A stretch of 64,000 bases of DNA. Source: Podarcis erhardii (lineage: Eukaryota). The notes under the pieces are model-generated. The model made no database searches, had not been told where the DNA came from, and saw only the letters and a list, made by a program, of their open reading frames with translations. Positions 22,840 through 37,208 of the stretch are shown piece after piece. Position 1 is the stretch's first letter. Each line of letters opens with the position of its first letter. The stretch is from the NCBI GenBank assembly GCA_964252035.1, contig OZ176205.1; one strand, written 5' to 3'. The position numbers were made by a program, and so were the translations under genes.

Positions 22840-23660
22840 TGGTTATTGAGTAAGCTTCAACATATTGAAACCTACTTCCCAGTAAACATAACTAGAACTG
22901 TGCTGTAAATTTCAGCTACCATTCTGAAATCTGCTTCTTAAAAAGGAAGGGGTATTGATTTTGAGGTTCTTTCTGCTCTGACCTCATTGTGTGGTTACTC
23001 CAGGTGCTCAATTCAGTGTTTTGCTAAAGTTTAGCCCTTTCCTTAACAACTCCCCACAGGTTGTCCTCTTCTTACTCTCCACCCCTTATAAATGCTGATG
23101 AGTTCTGTCACAGTCTGATACCCTGTCATGTGCCCTGTTGTTGCTTGTGAAGTTCTACTCTAATACACGTTCACATGTGTTTTAACCTATTTTTACCTTG
23201 CTGTTGATTTTAATTGTGTTCTGAAAGTTTCCAATACCTGTTTTTAATTGTTTCATTGATAATTTAAATCTTTCATTCCTTTTGTAAACCACTTAAAATA
23301 TTTTTATTGCAATCAAGCAGTTAAATTAACATTTTGTCAAAGTAAGAATGAATTGGCATTAGAAGTACAGTAGGACAAGACAGTTCACATCCTACCATCT
23401 TCAAAAAATAAAACCCACCTCATGGAATGATGAGGTAGTGTGAATATTATTACTCCCTTAAATACAGTGTGGATCAGTGGAGGTACCCTGTCAGTGGAGG
23501 TACCCTGTCAATCCACCCAGGTCTTGATCGCCATTGCAAAAAAGAAGGCTTTAAGATCCTACCTTTCAGTGGATCTTTGTGTCTTCCCCACTCTGTGCCC
23601 CTCCTGGGGGGGGGGATTATGCATGGCTTGAGAACTGATAGCTTACAGTGCAGTTATTTA

Positions 23661-24120
23661 CCATATTTTTTGCCCTATAGGACGCACCGTCCCATAAGGC
23701 GCACCTAGTTTTTTGGGGGGGGGGAAACAAGGGGGAAAAAATTATTTCCCCCCCAGGCGCGGGGCGGGGGAAGCCCAAGCTTCCTCCGATCCCAGCCCCC
23801 AGAACAGGCAACTCTCCGCAAGCCGTGAGAGCCCGGCATTGGAGAGCTGCACGAAGCTCGAAGCCTGGGCGCGCTGAGCTCAGCGCGCCCAGGCTTCGGC
23901 ATGCAGGCAACTCTCCGCAAGCCATGGGAGCTCAGCGCCGGGCTCCCGCGCTTTGCGGAGAGCTGTGCGAAGCCTGGAGAGCGAGAGGGGTCGGTGCGCA
24001 CCGACCCCTCTCGCTCTCCAGGCTTCAGCAAAAGCCTGCATTCGCCCCATAGGACGCACACACATTTCCCCTTCATTTTTGGAGGGGAAAAAAGTGCGTC
24101 CTATAGGGCGAAAAATACGG
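23661..24120. mobile_element. Tc2/Kanga-like MITE with GC-rich palindromic interior
   Basis: TA|CCATATTTTTTGCCCTATAGGACGCAC...GTGCGTCCTATAGGGCGAAAAATACGG|TA. Confidence 0.88.
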
Positions 24121-24914
24121 TATGTGTCCATTCAGAAATAAGTCCCACTGAGTTTAATGGTGGTTACTCCCAGGTAAATGGGCGTAGGATTGTAGCTGTA
24201 GTTTCTGAAGTGAAAGACTGGAGTGCTAGCCTGCCTTAAAGCTCCATTCATTACTCTCACAATTCCTGCATCTTTTTTTACTTTATTTTTGTTTAAAGTA
24301 CTTCTGATTGCTAAGAGACTTGTGTTAAGGAAAAAAGAAGCAAGACTATACAGCTAAATAAATACTGAATTTAAGTATCCAGTAATTCTGGGTATAGGCA
24401 TTCTTTGTAATGATGAGAGAGCAGGCAAAAAGGTGGGACACTAGGTCTTAGTTTTTTAAAAATAGCCTCTTAGTTTTTAATTGTGCCATTGACTTCAGCA
24501 GCTCCAGGATTCTGTTTCTAAACAACTGGGTGGTTCTGAAGGTGTCCGCTCCACCAGTCATCTAAAGGTGTCTTGCTTCCTCAAACAATTCTGTCTTTTA
24601 TTCCTGGCTGCTTCTTATGTGTGAAATGGCAGGCTAGAACATCTCTGTGATACTACCACCCTTACTTTCTTCAAAGCTCTTTTCCATGAAGCCTTTTGCA
24701 TAACTCACATAACTCTACTAAACTTAAGCCTAAGTACATATAAGTGTTAAATGCATTTTATTCCCATTTTTATCCCTGCCACCTATCATAACAGAAACTT
24801 TTCCCCAGGGAGGCGGGGGGGGGGGATCAGAATGCAAGTAGCTCACGGCAGAAATTTTATCATTTTTTTTCTTTATAAAATGCCATGTCCATTGTTAATA
24901 CATTTGCAAAAGTA

Positions 24915-25137
24915 CAGTGGTACCTCAGGTTACATACACTTCAGGATACAGACTCTGCTAACCCAGAAATAGTGCTTCAGGTTAAGAACTTTGCTTCAGG
25001 ATGAGAACAAAAATTGGGCTCTGGCGGTGCAGCAGCAGGAGGCCCCATTAGCTAAAGTGGTGCTTCAGGTTAAGAACAGTTTAAGGTTAAGTACAGACCT
25101 CCGGAACGAATTAAGTACTTAACCTGAGGTACCACTG
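24915..25137. mobile_element. Tc1/mariner MITE, CAGTGGTACCTC family
   Basis: TA|CAGTGGTACCTCAGGTTA...TAACCTGAGGTACCACTG|TA. Confidence 0.9.
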
Positions 25138-28100
25138 TAATAGATAAATCTGGAGTAAATTACCCATCTGTATCTACATATGTACTTTGAACTAGTAAGT
25201 ATAGAATAGCTCCATTTACTTCAGTGAAACATTTCCAAAGTAAGTGAATTAAGAACATAGTTTGGCACAGTTAGTAAAAGCTTATAACTAGGGGGTAATT
25301 TATTTTCAATATGTGTATTATACTTTTTGAAAAATATGCCATTGACTCCGTCCCGCGCCCCCCCCCCCACCTTTGGGACTAAGTTTTGTTGGATTTAGAC
25401 TGCAAACCAAAGCATAAAGTATTTACCATTTGAAACTTGCACACAATTTTTGCCTTTTTGGTTGGTCTAATAAACCTACTGCCCGTTTTTCTTAAGGACC
25501 AAAAATTCTACCTTTTACTTCTCATATTTACCAGGAAATCCCTTTGAACTCAGTGGGATCTCTGAGTAAGCCTGAGATTGAAATATTAGATAGAAGTAAA
25601 TATGAATAAATAAAACTGTATGATATAATGGATCAATTCTGAGAGCCCTGTCCTGTTCGCAGATTTCAGTTAGTGATTACTTTTGTCATACAACTTTCTT
25701 TTTTTGAGTGTGGAAGCAATACAATTGTTTGCTTTTTGTATCAGTATATGGGGGGGGGGGTTCCTAAAATAATTGTAGACACTGTCAAATCTTCAACTAG
25801 AAATATTCTATTTACAAAAATCATCATAGCAAGTATCTTGCTTTGACCAAAACCCATCTTTGCTTTGTGTACCAGATCAGCATGTGGTACAATTAAGTAA
25901 GTTTAAAATTACTGTGCCATACTGTATGGGCTTCACGGCAAAAGACTAACAAATAATCTAAAGCTATGTTTAAGATCAATATGTAAATTTGAAATGACTT
26001 TAAAAATTGTACACAAAGTTTTGGGCATTCCATATGTTGGGTGGCATTCCATTCAGTGCTTTTAGAAATAGTTTCACATCATGTACAAACTAAACGACAA
26101 AGTTTAAGGTAGCTTGTGCTTGGTTATTTTAATATTTATGCTTGCAACCTTCAGTTTAAATGCAGTGGAAGGTTTGTATTTGACCAGGAGTCTTGCTACA
26201 AGGAGCTACCTTGTAAAGTTAACCTGCTCTGACAAGCCCCAGATGTTGTTCTTCTCTCCAGACCAATGATTTGATAGAGCTCAAACAATGATCATGGAAC
26301 TATGATTTCCACATTTTGAGCTATAATAGATGGGTATATTTGTCCAGCAAGAAGAAATGAGAAAATACAAAAACTTAACTGCAGTTACTGTATTGTTCAA
26401 AGGGTATTAAAATTTGCCCTTGATCTCTAATCTAATATTGATAAAAGGAAAAAATGGTATATTTTGAATTTGATATTGTTTTATACTTTGACAGCTATTT
26501 CACATTCTTTTCAAAAGCAGTCTAGATAGCTCTTACTACATATTTTGTTCAATATTCTTGCAATCAATTAGCTGAATGCTGGATTCCTAAATCTGTTAAA
26601 AACGGTCAATAATTGTTCAAGCTTGTAGTGGGCTGAAATAAAAAGAGCTTAATAAAAGACTCCTTATATGCAGTCTTTTTGTTTATTGATTTCTTGAAAA
26701 AAAAATAATGGAATGATGGTTTATCAGAATTTCAGGATATAAATGACATTTATTCAGGTCATTCTCTGAAATACTTAATTATCATTGTAAGCTTTGCTTT
26801 TGGTTCCTAAACTCTGTTTTGTTCTGCATTACTTTGATGCTTTGAATCCTTTTAGTTAAGCTTACAATTACCTTCCTGCCAAAAGGGGTGATAGAAGTGG
26901 TGAGGTTCTTTTGACCAATTTCCCCCTTGGCCATGGGAACCCATACCCCTATGCCTGCAGGTGAGAGTATGGGCCAGTTGTGAAAGGGAGGGAAAGTCCT
27001 CTACAACACGAGTCAGTGACCACCATATCCCAAAAGAGCAACCATGCCCTTAACATCTGTGGAAGCATCTCCAGTGCCTATTAGTCAAAGTCTGTGCTGT
27101 TGACACAAGCACACAGAAGAAACCCATGAATTGATGGGACAATTCCCCCAGGACATCTCCCTGCATCACAATGCATACGATGGCACCACACATTCCTGCT
27201 TATTCTTCCATCTGCTTCTGTGACACAGGCAGCAACTGTCCCAGTGGTGCTACCAGTTATACTTCATGCAAAGGGCTTTAAGCCCCCTTAAGCTACAGAC
27301 TGTGCACAGGCACTGTTGTGGAGCGCAGTACAAAAAATAAGAGATGAAAAGTTCAAACTGCAGCACCCTTATGGTTCCCCGGACAGAAGGCCAGCAAAAT
27401 GCACACACAGCCCTAAAGAGACGAGGATTCAAGACCCATTGACTAGTGGGAGAATTTTTTTATGTTTGATAACTATATTGATTTCTGTAATAGAATTCTA
27501 AAAGCTGCAGGATCAGCAAAGCTATGCAGCTAAGCTCATTCTATCACTTTTATTATGGTTTTTAACTAATGGAAATGCCTCCCGTCTGCTATAGGTTTCC
27601 TCCACAAAAAATGAATAAAAAGTAGATGTAGTTATAGTACATAATCCAAAGATGAATACATAGGTAAGTCCGCGTATAAGAGAAATCTTACCAACTATTT
27701 TATAGAAGCCTGTTACCTAAATTCCAGTAACTGAACAGAATTTGTTTTTGAATTACTCTGGTTCAGTTCCCCCAGAAATAATAATATTATAACAGTAAAC
27801 TAAAAAAAAACAACATACCTTAGTAACAAGTAAAATTTTATGTTAATCTCTCTCCTGAAAAATTTCTTCAAAATAAAATTAGAAGAACTTTACCAAGCTG
27901 AGAACTTAATCACTCAATAGAATTTTAAATCTTCAGAGTAAAGTCCATCAGATTCTAAAAGCCATTTTAAAAAAAAGATAGACCCATTGTATATAAAAAT
28001 GCAATCTTCAGATATCAAGGGTTGAAGTCATACTCTTGAGTACACTAATTGAAATCAATGGGTCTAACGAGAAGTCCACTGATTAAATATGTCAAACTGA

Positions 28101-28424
28101 GTCCTACTGAGTTCAACTCAGTGTGTCTTTTATTAACAGTTAAGATAATGTCCTTTGTGATGTAATCACTTGACTACTAGTATATCAACTGAGCCCATCA
28201 AGTGATTGCATAAAATCTTCCCAATGGCTGTTGGGCAGTGATGCTTTCCAGGTGATGGGGTCTGAGCTGTATATAGAATGAAAGGTAAAGGAATTTGTTT
28301 CATCATACGCTTCCTGAGATATTCATTATTCACAATCAATAATGTTTTAATACTATTGTTAAAAACAAATCCAGTTATTCATCAATATAGGAATGGAGTG
28401 CTATATCAGTGTCCTATGCTAGTA

Positions 28425-28813
28425 CAGTGGCGCCTCGCAAGACGGAAAGAATCCGTTCCGCGAGTCTCTTCGTCTTGCGGTTTTTTCGTCTTGCGAAGCA
28501 AGCCCATTAGCAGCTTAGCGCTATTAGCGGTTTAGCGGCTTAGCGGATCAGCTGATAAGCGGCTTAGCGGATCAGCTGATAAGCGGCTTAGTGGATCAGC
28601 TGATAAGCGGCTTAGCGGATCAGCTGATAAGCGGCTTAGCAGCTTAGAAAAAGGGGGGGGAGGAAAAAAAACCCACAGGAACTCGCAAGACATTTTCGTC
28701 TTGCAGAGCAAGCCCATAGGAAATTCGTTTTGCTAAGCACCTCCAAAACGGAAAACCCTTTCGTCTAGCGGGTTTTCCGTCTTGCAAGGCATTCGTCTTG
28801 CGGGGCACCACTG
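28425..28813. mobile_element. Tc1/mariner MITE, CAGTGGYGCCTCGCAAGACG family, with a 24-bp minisatellite
   Basis: TIRs with TA TSD; interior GCGGCTTAGCGGATCAGCTGATAA x4.4 at 28535-28640. Confidence 0.9.
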
Positions 28814-28844
28814 TAAAATTCTTCCTTTGAAGCATATGGAATTA

Positions 28845-29058
28845 CAGTGGTACCTCGGGTTAAGCACTTAATTCGTTCTGGAGGTCTGTTCTTAACCTGA
28901 AACTGTTCTTAACCTGAAGCACCACTTTAGCTAATGGGGCCTCCTGCTGCTGCCGCGCGATTTCTGTTCTCATCCTGAAGCAAAGTTTTTAACAGGAGGT
29001 ACTATTTCTGGGTTAGCGGAGTCTGTAACCTGAGCGTCTGTAACCAGAGGTACCACTG
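28845..29058. mobile_element. Tc1/mariner MITE, CAGTGGTACCTC family
   Basis: TIRs and TA TSD; opposite orientation to the 24915 copy. Confidence 0.9.
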
Positions 29059-29100
29059 TAAGTGATTAGATAATGAACAAGATAGCCTGCTGTTTTCAAA

Positions 29101-29163
29101 CATAGGATCTTAAGAGATGGAAGGGATGTTTGGCATCATCTAGTCGAACGCAATGCAGAATCT
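29101..29163 (-). mobile_element. Degenerate CR1-tailed SINE fragment
   Basis: CATAGGATC...GGAAGGGA...CATCTAGTCGAAC...AATGCAG. Confidence 0.5.
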
Positions 29164-30235
29164 GAGGAGCAGGATGCAACTATGCCATTCCCAATAGATA
29201 GGTTCCAGTGAATTGCCTGAAGCTACTACCTTGCTGGCCTGCATGACAACCCTCCAGATATTTTGAAAATGGTTGCCACGTGGCCTTTTAATCTTCTCAA
29301 TGCCTGCACATCACTGTCTTTAATACCATTTAATGTGTTCTAGGTTATCAAGACACGAGAACATCCTGTGAAAGGTACATGGTCTGAAAATCCCGATGTG
29401 AGGGTACGTAGTTAAAAGAGATTTGTGGTTATCTGGGAATTTTGAGTAATTGGTAGCTTCCTGTTAACAATATTTCCTAATGTGCAATTTTGAGCTTTTT
29501 GTGCATGTGCATACTTAAATAAAAATAGCACGTATTTTCAGGATCAGCTTCTCAATTCTGCCCTAATTGGAGGTGTTAAATGAAATGGATAATTGCAAAC
29601 ACTACTCAGACATGGAGGGTGACATCTACTTGACATTTTGAAGGAAGTTAAAATGTGGGAAATAAATTCTACCCTTGGAAGAATTCTTGTGTACATACAG
29701 CTGTTAATGTGCGTCATAGCTTAGAATCTGACCATTTTGTGGATTTTTATTACTTGCATATTTTCCATTAATGTCTCCTAATGTGATTTTAAAACTATAT
29801 TTAGCTAGTAGGGTGGGGAAGCTCTTCAATAGGCTCTTCAAAATTTGGTGTGCATTGCTTGTTATCCTTATGAAAAATCAACGTTTGACCAATACTTTCT
29901 GATAATTGGATAAAAGTTTGATTCCAAATATCTCTTTAATTCCTGTTGAATATAAAAGCAAATATATTTCCATATTCATTAAGAACTTTCAGTTTTTATT
30001 AAAGTCTTATGCACACTTTATAGTAAATCTTACTGACTTCATGGGGACTTCTGAATCATAGGATCAGACTGTATAGTACAGACTATCCAATGTTCATTCT
30101 CATACAACATTACTGTTCTTTATATAGCTGGAAGGGACCAGACTTGTTTGAACCTGTTTAGTCCTCAGAAGCCTAGCTTGCTTGTTCTGAACTTTGTTAT
30201 CATTGTTTCCCTGTTTGCTTGCAGGTAGTTTTGTG

Positions 30236-30311
30236 ATGGATGCAGATGAACACCCTCCCTTGCATTGTGAAGACTCTCGTATGAAATACGACCACAGCAA
30301 GAAACTGACAG
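30236..30311 (+). CDS. CDC7: CDC7 coding exon 1 (exon starts 30225)
   Basis: ttgcttgcag|GTAGTTTTGTG ATG; MDADEHPPLHCEDSRMKYDHSKKLT(G)|GTATAC. The ending KLTG matches recalled human KLAG. Confidence 0.8.
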
Positions 30312-31326
30312 GTATACATTGTCTCACATCTTAACGTCCTCTGCAATATTATCACTAATTCCCCCGTCCGTTCCCTGTTCCTGTCTTCATATTGTTGCAC
30401 ATTTGCATCCTAGTTTGTGCAATGATTGCTAGGTTCTCTTAAGATGATAAATGGATGTTAACTTTATCAGAGCCAAGAAGCGATCTGGTGAATGCTATTG
30501 CAGAGGAACTTGTAGCAGAAAGAAGTTGGACATTTCATGTACTTGGTTGGTTCATATGTACAGGTTTATTCTTGTTTTGAATTCCAGCCAAACTTGTTTT
30601 TCTTAAATAATTGATCTCATTCAAGCTAGACGAGAGCTGTGTGGAGGTTAAAGAGAGAAAGTTTTGTTAGGTTTTTATGGCTAGGATCCAAGAAACTGCT
30701 TGGGATCATGCAAGGGTCATACACTCACCTGCCTGGTTTTTTGATGGTGAACAACTGATCTCTATATCACAAACCTCTTTCTGAATTGCCCCTCAGTTTC
30801 AAAAGCAATTTGCTTTAAAGCAAGAGAATAGAGGGATGTTGGTAGAGGAATGCAAGTCTAAAACCCCTTTGGGCTCACATAACAGATGTAGGTTTATGGT
30901 TCTTTGGATCCTGGCCCCTAGCTTTAACTCACAATTTTGTGGGGCGTGAGGAGTAATTGTGGACATGGCTTGCAGCAGCCCAACAGAGGATAAAAAGTGT
31001 ACTTCATAACAGCATGAGAGACTGCCCAGTGGCTCTAGTGCCAGGCAACTGAGTAAGCTGTCCTTTAAGGGGGAGCAGATGCGAAAAGTGTGTACATTGT
31101 CCTGCAGCTGAAGATGTAATGTGTGTGGTATCTTTTGAAGCGGGTTGGGATTAGCCTGGCTTATCAAAAATAGATTTGTTGTGGAAAAGAGCAGTGCATT
31201 ACAGCATGCTAAACCTCAGAACAGGAACACTGCATTTATAAACAACTTTCAGTAGCTTTCAGCTGGTTAAGTATAATTCAGTGACACAAGTGGTTCACAG
31301 ATGAAAGCATATTTTACCAAAATTAT

Positions 31327-31934
31327 AGGTAAAGGTAAAAAGGCATGGTAAAGGACCCCTGAATGGTTAAGTCCAGCCAAAGGCGACTATTGGGTGCGGC
31401 ACTCATCTCACTTTTAAGGCTGAGGGAGCAGGCATTTGTTCGCAGACAGCTTTCTGGGTCATGTGGCCAGCATGACTAAACTGCTTCTGGCACAACAGAA
31501 CACTGACAAGTGCCAGAGTGCACGGAAACACCTTTTATCTTCCCACTGCAGCGGTACCTGTACAGTGGTACCTCAGGTTAAGTACTTAATTCATTCCGGA
31601 GGTCCGTACTTAACCTGAAACTGTTCTTAACCTGAAGACCACTTTAGCTAATGGGGGCCTCCTGCTGCCGCTGCATGATTTCTGTTCTCATCCTGAAGCA
31701 AAGTTCTTAATCTGAAGCACTATTTCTGGGTTAGCGGAGTCTGTAACCTGAAGCGTATGTAACCCGAGGTACCACTGTATATCTACTTGCACTGGTGTGC
31801 TTTCAAACTGCTAGGTTGGCAGGAGTTGGGACAGAGCAATGGGAGCTCACCCCGTTGTATGGATTCAAACTGCTGACCTTCTCATCGGGAAGCCCAAGAG
31901 GCTCAGTGGTTTAGACCACAGCGCCAACCGTGTC
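31327..31934 (-). mobile_element. Sauria SINE interrupted by a MITE
   Basis: (AAAGGT) tail at left, head GCGCCAACCGTGTC at right, MITE at 31563-31777. Confidence 0.88.
31563..31777. mobile_element. Tc1/mariner MITE, CAGTGGTACCTC family, inside a SINE
   Basis: TIRs and TA TSD. Confidence 0.9.
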
Positions 31935-32169
31935 GTTAATAATAACAATAATTATACATATAGAGAGAGAGAGAGAGAGAGTATATGTATTTGTATTTCA
32001 GATATTTTTTTCATTTAACTCTATTGGTATGACACGAACAGCCCTTTGTAAAATAACAGTATGAAAGTAAGATAACAGGGTTACAGTATTTTTCTAAACT
32101 TTAGAAAGAGTAATGTCAAATCCAGGGGTGGCTAATCTGTGGCCCTCCAAGAGTAGTGAATTAATTAAA

Positions 32170-32730
32170 ATGATCAAGAGGCTGGAGCAACTGCCCTATG
32201 GGGAAAGATGACCGCATTTGGGGCTTCTTACTTGAGTGAAAAGTCAAGTAAGAGGTGACATGATAGAAATATATAACATTATGCATGGCTGGAGAAAGGA
32301 CAGAGAAAAGTTTTTCTCCCTCGTAACACTTGAGTTCATGGACATCCAATGAATTGATATATTGAAAGGTTCAGAATGAGGAAAGCAAGTACAGCGTATA
32401 GTTAAGAAGTATGGAAGTTGGTCCTACAAGAGGCAATGGTGGCCACCAACTTGGATGGCTTTTAAGAAGGATTTTCAAGGAGGCTGTTATGGATGGCTTT
32501 TAAGACAAATTTATGGAGTATAAGGCTGTTGATGGCCCCACTCTGCCTTCCTGTTCGGAGCCAGTACGCTTCTGAATACCAGTTGCTGGAAACAGCAGGA
32601 GGCGAGAGTGCTGTTGTGCTCAGGGTCCTGTTTGCAGGCTTCCCATGGCACTTGGTTGGCTACTGTGAGTACAGGATGCTGGACTTTATGGGCTACTGGC
32701 CTGGTCAAGCAAGGCTGTTCTAATGTTGTT
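32170..32730 (+). mobile_element. CR1 LINE 3' fragment
   Basis: ATGATCAAGAGGCTGGAGCAACTGCCCTAT...GAGGTGACATGATAGA...CCAACTTGGATGGCTTTAA, then a CR1-type 3' UTR. Confidence 0.8.
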
Positions 32731-33595
32731 GGACAACATCAGTCTCAGCCAGCATGGCCAATGGACAGGGATGATGAATTTCGTAGTCCAACAGCATAGG
32801 AAGGCTCACACGTTAGCCTGCTCTAATTGTGTTACAGAGAACAGTCATGTAATACAGAACAGTTGTCTAACAGAATTAGGGTACCTTGTTTGTGTTGCCT
32901 TGGTTTTTGCAGAAAATGCAATATAACATCCTTGCCATGCCATCTAGTGATAAAGAGTATGAAAAGCAGTGACTTTTGAATTAGCTTTTGAATTCAACAG
33001 CTCTAGGTAATAGTGCAAATCTGCTGCCTGCTTTGTTTCTAAGCCCACCTTTTGTCTCTAGAAAATAATTTTAGTGATTGGCATAGCCTGGTCCTTGACA
33101 TCCTTTGATGATTAGTTTGTTGTGTGCTGGTAACATAGACGAGAGAGATGTTGTTTAGTGTAATCTGATCTACCAACCTGATAGCTCATAGAAGTGCAGA
33201 GAAAACAGTTGTTGCCATTGCACCCTGCTATTTTGGACCGAAGTGGCATTGGGGTTCCCCACTCCCACCTGCTGAATTGGGAAGCAGGTATTGGCAGCAG
33301 TAAACCCAACACGGGGAAGGTCCAAGCTGGCCCCATTGTTATCATTTTATGGCATCAGGCAACTACAGACTGGAACAGTGATGTGCATGCCCTGAACCTT
33401 CCAGCCAGCCGGTGTGCTGCTGCTGCTGCTGCCCAGTCAGGGTTCCTACCTGTTGGCACTTAGCCCTGTTGAACTCGGGTCTTGCTTGTGTGTAAATCTG
33501 TTTAGGATTGCACTGTGCATTAATATTGTTACTGTTTGTTCTGCATACCAGAGGAAGGTTTTGTGTTCCTGCCTCTCCCGTCATCATGGGAGGTA

Positions 33596-33765
33596 CCGTA
33601 TTTTTCGCTCTTATAACACGCACCCGACCATAACACACAAATAGTTTTTAGAGGAGGAAAATCCGTAGGCATGCCACCCGTAGGCATTCCCTCCATAACA
33701 CGCACAGACATTTCCCCTTACTTTCTAGGAGGAAAAAAGTGAGTGTTATGGTGCAAAAAATACGG
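33596..33765. mobile_element. Tc2/Kanga-like MITE (170 bp)
   Basis: TA|CCGTATTTTTCG...CAAAAAATACGG|TA. Confidence 0.88.
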
Positions 33766-34165
33766 TATATAGCATGTGCCTTGAGTCGTGCTGATAGAAT
33801 AGAACTGGCGACTTATATTCAGATGTCAGCCACTGACATTCTTGTTCTGTGTGATGAGTATTCCAATGGAATGTGCATGTAGTGGAAGTGTTGTAACAGT
33901 TTTATTTATCTTTAAGAGAAAGTAACGTATCCATATAATCCATGGGAGACTTTTCATTTATTTATTTATTTATTTACTTACTTACTTACTTACTTTAATT
34001 TATTATTAAAGATTTTCCTCGTTTACAATTCACATGCATTGCCTCTTTCTTCAGGTTGCATTTTCTACAGATCAGTTACATTTGTTGTGAAACATTGGTG
34101 TTATATGCAGTATTGGGTTGTTTAGGACTAAGATAGTTTATACTAATATTTAATTTCACTATTGA

Positions 34166-34354
<189 letters not shown>

Positions 34355-34844
34355 TAGAAAATGTTGCTTAACCTGTCCTTGTCGGTGGTATTCAACTACA
34401 TTTTATACAGACTTGAAATTAAGGGACCCAACTTGGTCATGTTCATTAATTTCAGTAGATGTATTCCAAATACAACTTAGTTGAATGCCACCCGGTCTGT
34501 CCATTTTAGGCTGCAGGTGGGAGCCTGTGTGACTGAATCCTTATTCATACAGAAAAGTTCCCTGTATGCAGGGAATAGTTCGTGTGTGCAGGGGCATTAA
34601 GGGAATCTTTTTCGTGGAGTATTCAGCCACGTGTGAGCCTCCACTTGCAGTTGGAGGTGCTATGGTCCAGAAACAGGCTTAACCATTTCATCTGTCATTT
34701 TTGAGGGCCAGACCACATGGTCTTCCTAATGCTTGTTCCATGAGAAGAATGTCTGGAAAAATGCATATGGTTGCAAAGTATCCAGCTCCATGGCTGCTAT
34801 CATTTTTCACATTATTCAGCAGCAGAAACAGGATGTGTGGATGG

Positions 34845-35045
34845 TTGCTTGTTTGGAACCTTCCCCAGTATTCTGTTTAGATGTCCTCCCTTATCTTCTG
34901 CTACCTCTGCTAAAAAAGATCCCTTTGGGTCCCCAGATGTTGTTGGACTACAACTCACATCATCCCTGAGCTCTGGCCTTGCTAAGTAGGGGTGATGGGA
35001 GTTGTAGTTCAACAACATCTGGAGACTCACAGGTTGAGAAAGGTG
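34845..35045. mobile_element. Hairpin hAT-type MITE (GGACTACAACTCCC family)
   Basis: Inverted repeat CCAGATGTTGTTGGACTACAACTC...GAGTTGTAGTTCAACAACATCTGG at 34933-35022. Confidence 0.75.
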
Positions 35046-35920
35046 TGCTTTAGATGAGCATGGGGAAGAGGAAGTGCCAACAACTCTGGAGGGATGTGGG
35101 AGCATCTTGGTTCCTCTGTTTGATAAGTATGTTACTTACTTACTTGCTAGATATAGGAGAGGGACAGTTGTCTGGCAGCCTAACTGCTTTGTGCTACCAA
35201 TTCAATCCACAACTGATATTTTTAAAAAAATTGTTTAATGTCAACATACATCTTTTGCTGGAGTGGTACCTTTAGCCCTGTCCAGATATTCAAAGAATGT
35301 TTGAAGGTATAAAGTGTGTACAAATTGTGTGTGTGCTGTCCCCACCCACAATAGTCCTGGTGTGCTCTACTCCTGACCTTCCTGGTGCTTAGAAACCTCC
35401 CCACAATTGGGAACTTTGTGTTATCAGAATCTCCAGTCATGCAGAGGTTTCTAAGCCTAGTTTCCTGTAAGCTATAATAAATGCTTTGGACTACGCAAAT
35501 GTGTCAAATGGATTGAGCATATAGTATACTTTATTTATTTATTTTATAAGAAAAGATCTTTTTTTTACCTCTCCACAAGCTACTACTCCCTTTGAAGATT
35601 CTTGTAAAGCTTTTGCCCCGCTTGAGAATCTCTTGTCACATTTAACCCAACAGATAAATTATTCAGTCTTTTCAGATGGTATTCCTTTTTAATGATCGCT
35701 CTGAATTTCTGAAATACCTTTATTCAAAATGTAACTGTTCACTTAAAACAGTACTCTATATTATTTTCTCCTTGTTCCCCTAACAGCTCAACATTCACAA
35801 AGTCTTGTCTCTAAATACTGCTGCTCTCATGATTATGTACCCCAATTGTAGCTTTATGAAACTGTGGACTGTCAGCATGGAAACAGATCTGCTTTATAAG
35901 AAATTTGCTTTTTCTTGTAG

Positions 35921-36103
<183 letters not shown>

Positions 36104-36828
36104 TAGGTTCAGAAATGTACCAAGTTCTTAAATTTACAGGAGAATCGGTTTTTGAAGCCCAATCACATGGCCTTATATGATCTGAGGAAGCCTACTTGTA
36201 GAGGAACATTCCTGAAATTTTAATAATGTGGTGGGCCCATGCTCACAACACATCAAATGTGGCTCATAAAGTGATCAGTTTTCCAGAGAAATATGTTACG
36301 ATGTAGGGCTGTTGCGTTTTTTTAGTGTGACATTTAAGGGGAGGGAAACAGCTAATGCAAACTATCGTAAATCCTACTCCTTCAAAAATCAAGGTTCTGT
36401 AATTTTGAAAATGCTTGTATTGCATGACTCGCTTTGTTTACACAGTTTGTGCTGAAATTCACTTCAATTTGCATCACCATTTTTATTTCTGCTTGCCATG
36501 ACGAGGAGATATATTGGGCACTGTATGCCAACGCTACTCCTAACACAGGGAAAAAAAAGTATCAGCTGGCATTGCCCACATAACTGTCCAAGCCCATCTT
36601 CAGAGCTACAATTACATTATTTCAAATTTATGCCCTACCTCAAGGGGATTGAACGCTGACATCCATCTAATATGGCATTCTGCACTCGTTCTGTGTCATA
36701 GCATACATATAGCCCTATGTACTGATTAGTAACTAAGTGTTAGATATAACTGTTTCTAAATGAAAGGTTTTAAGAATTGGAGTATAGAGAGAGAATAATG
36801 CTAGCAAATGTTGAATACATGGGAATGA

Positions 36829-36975
<147 letters not shown>

Positions 36976-36995
36976 TAGGAACTAAACACGCTTAA

Positions 36996-37208
<213 letters not shown>

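Noticed and set aside
27130-27150. IDGTIP motif suggesting a PIF/Harbinger transposase
   Set aside because: Preceded by a stop, with no supporting downstream motifs.
28535-28640. Regularly spaced short repeats resembling a CRISPR array
   Set aside because: Contiguous tandem units with no unique spacers, inside a MITE in vertebrate DNA. The same applies to the 43.8 kb repeat.
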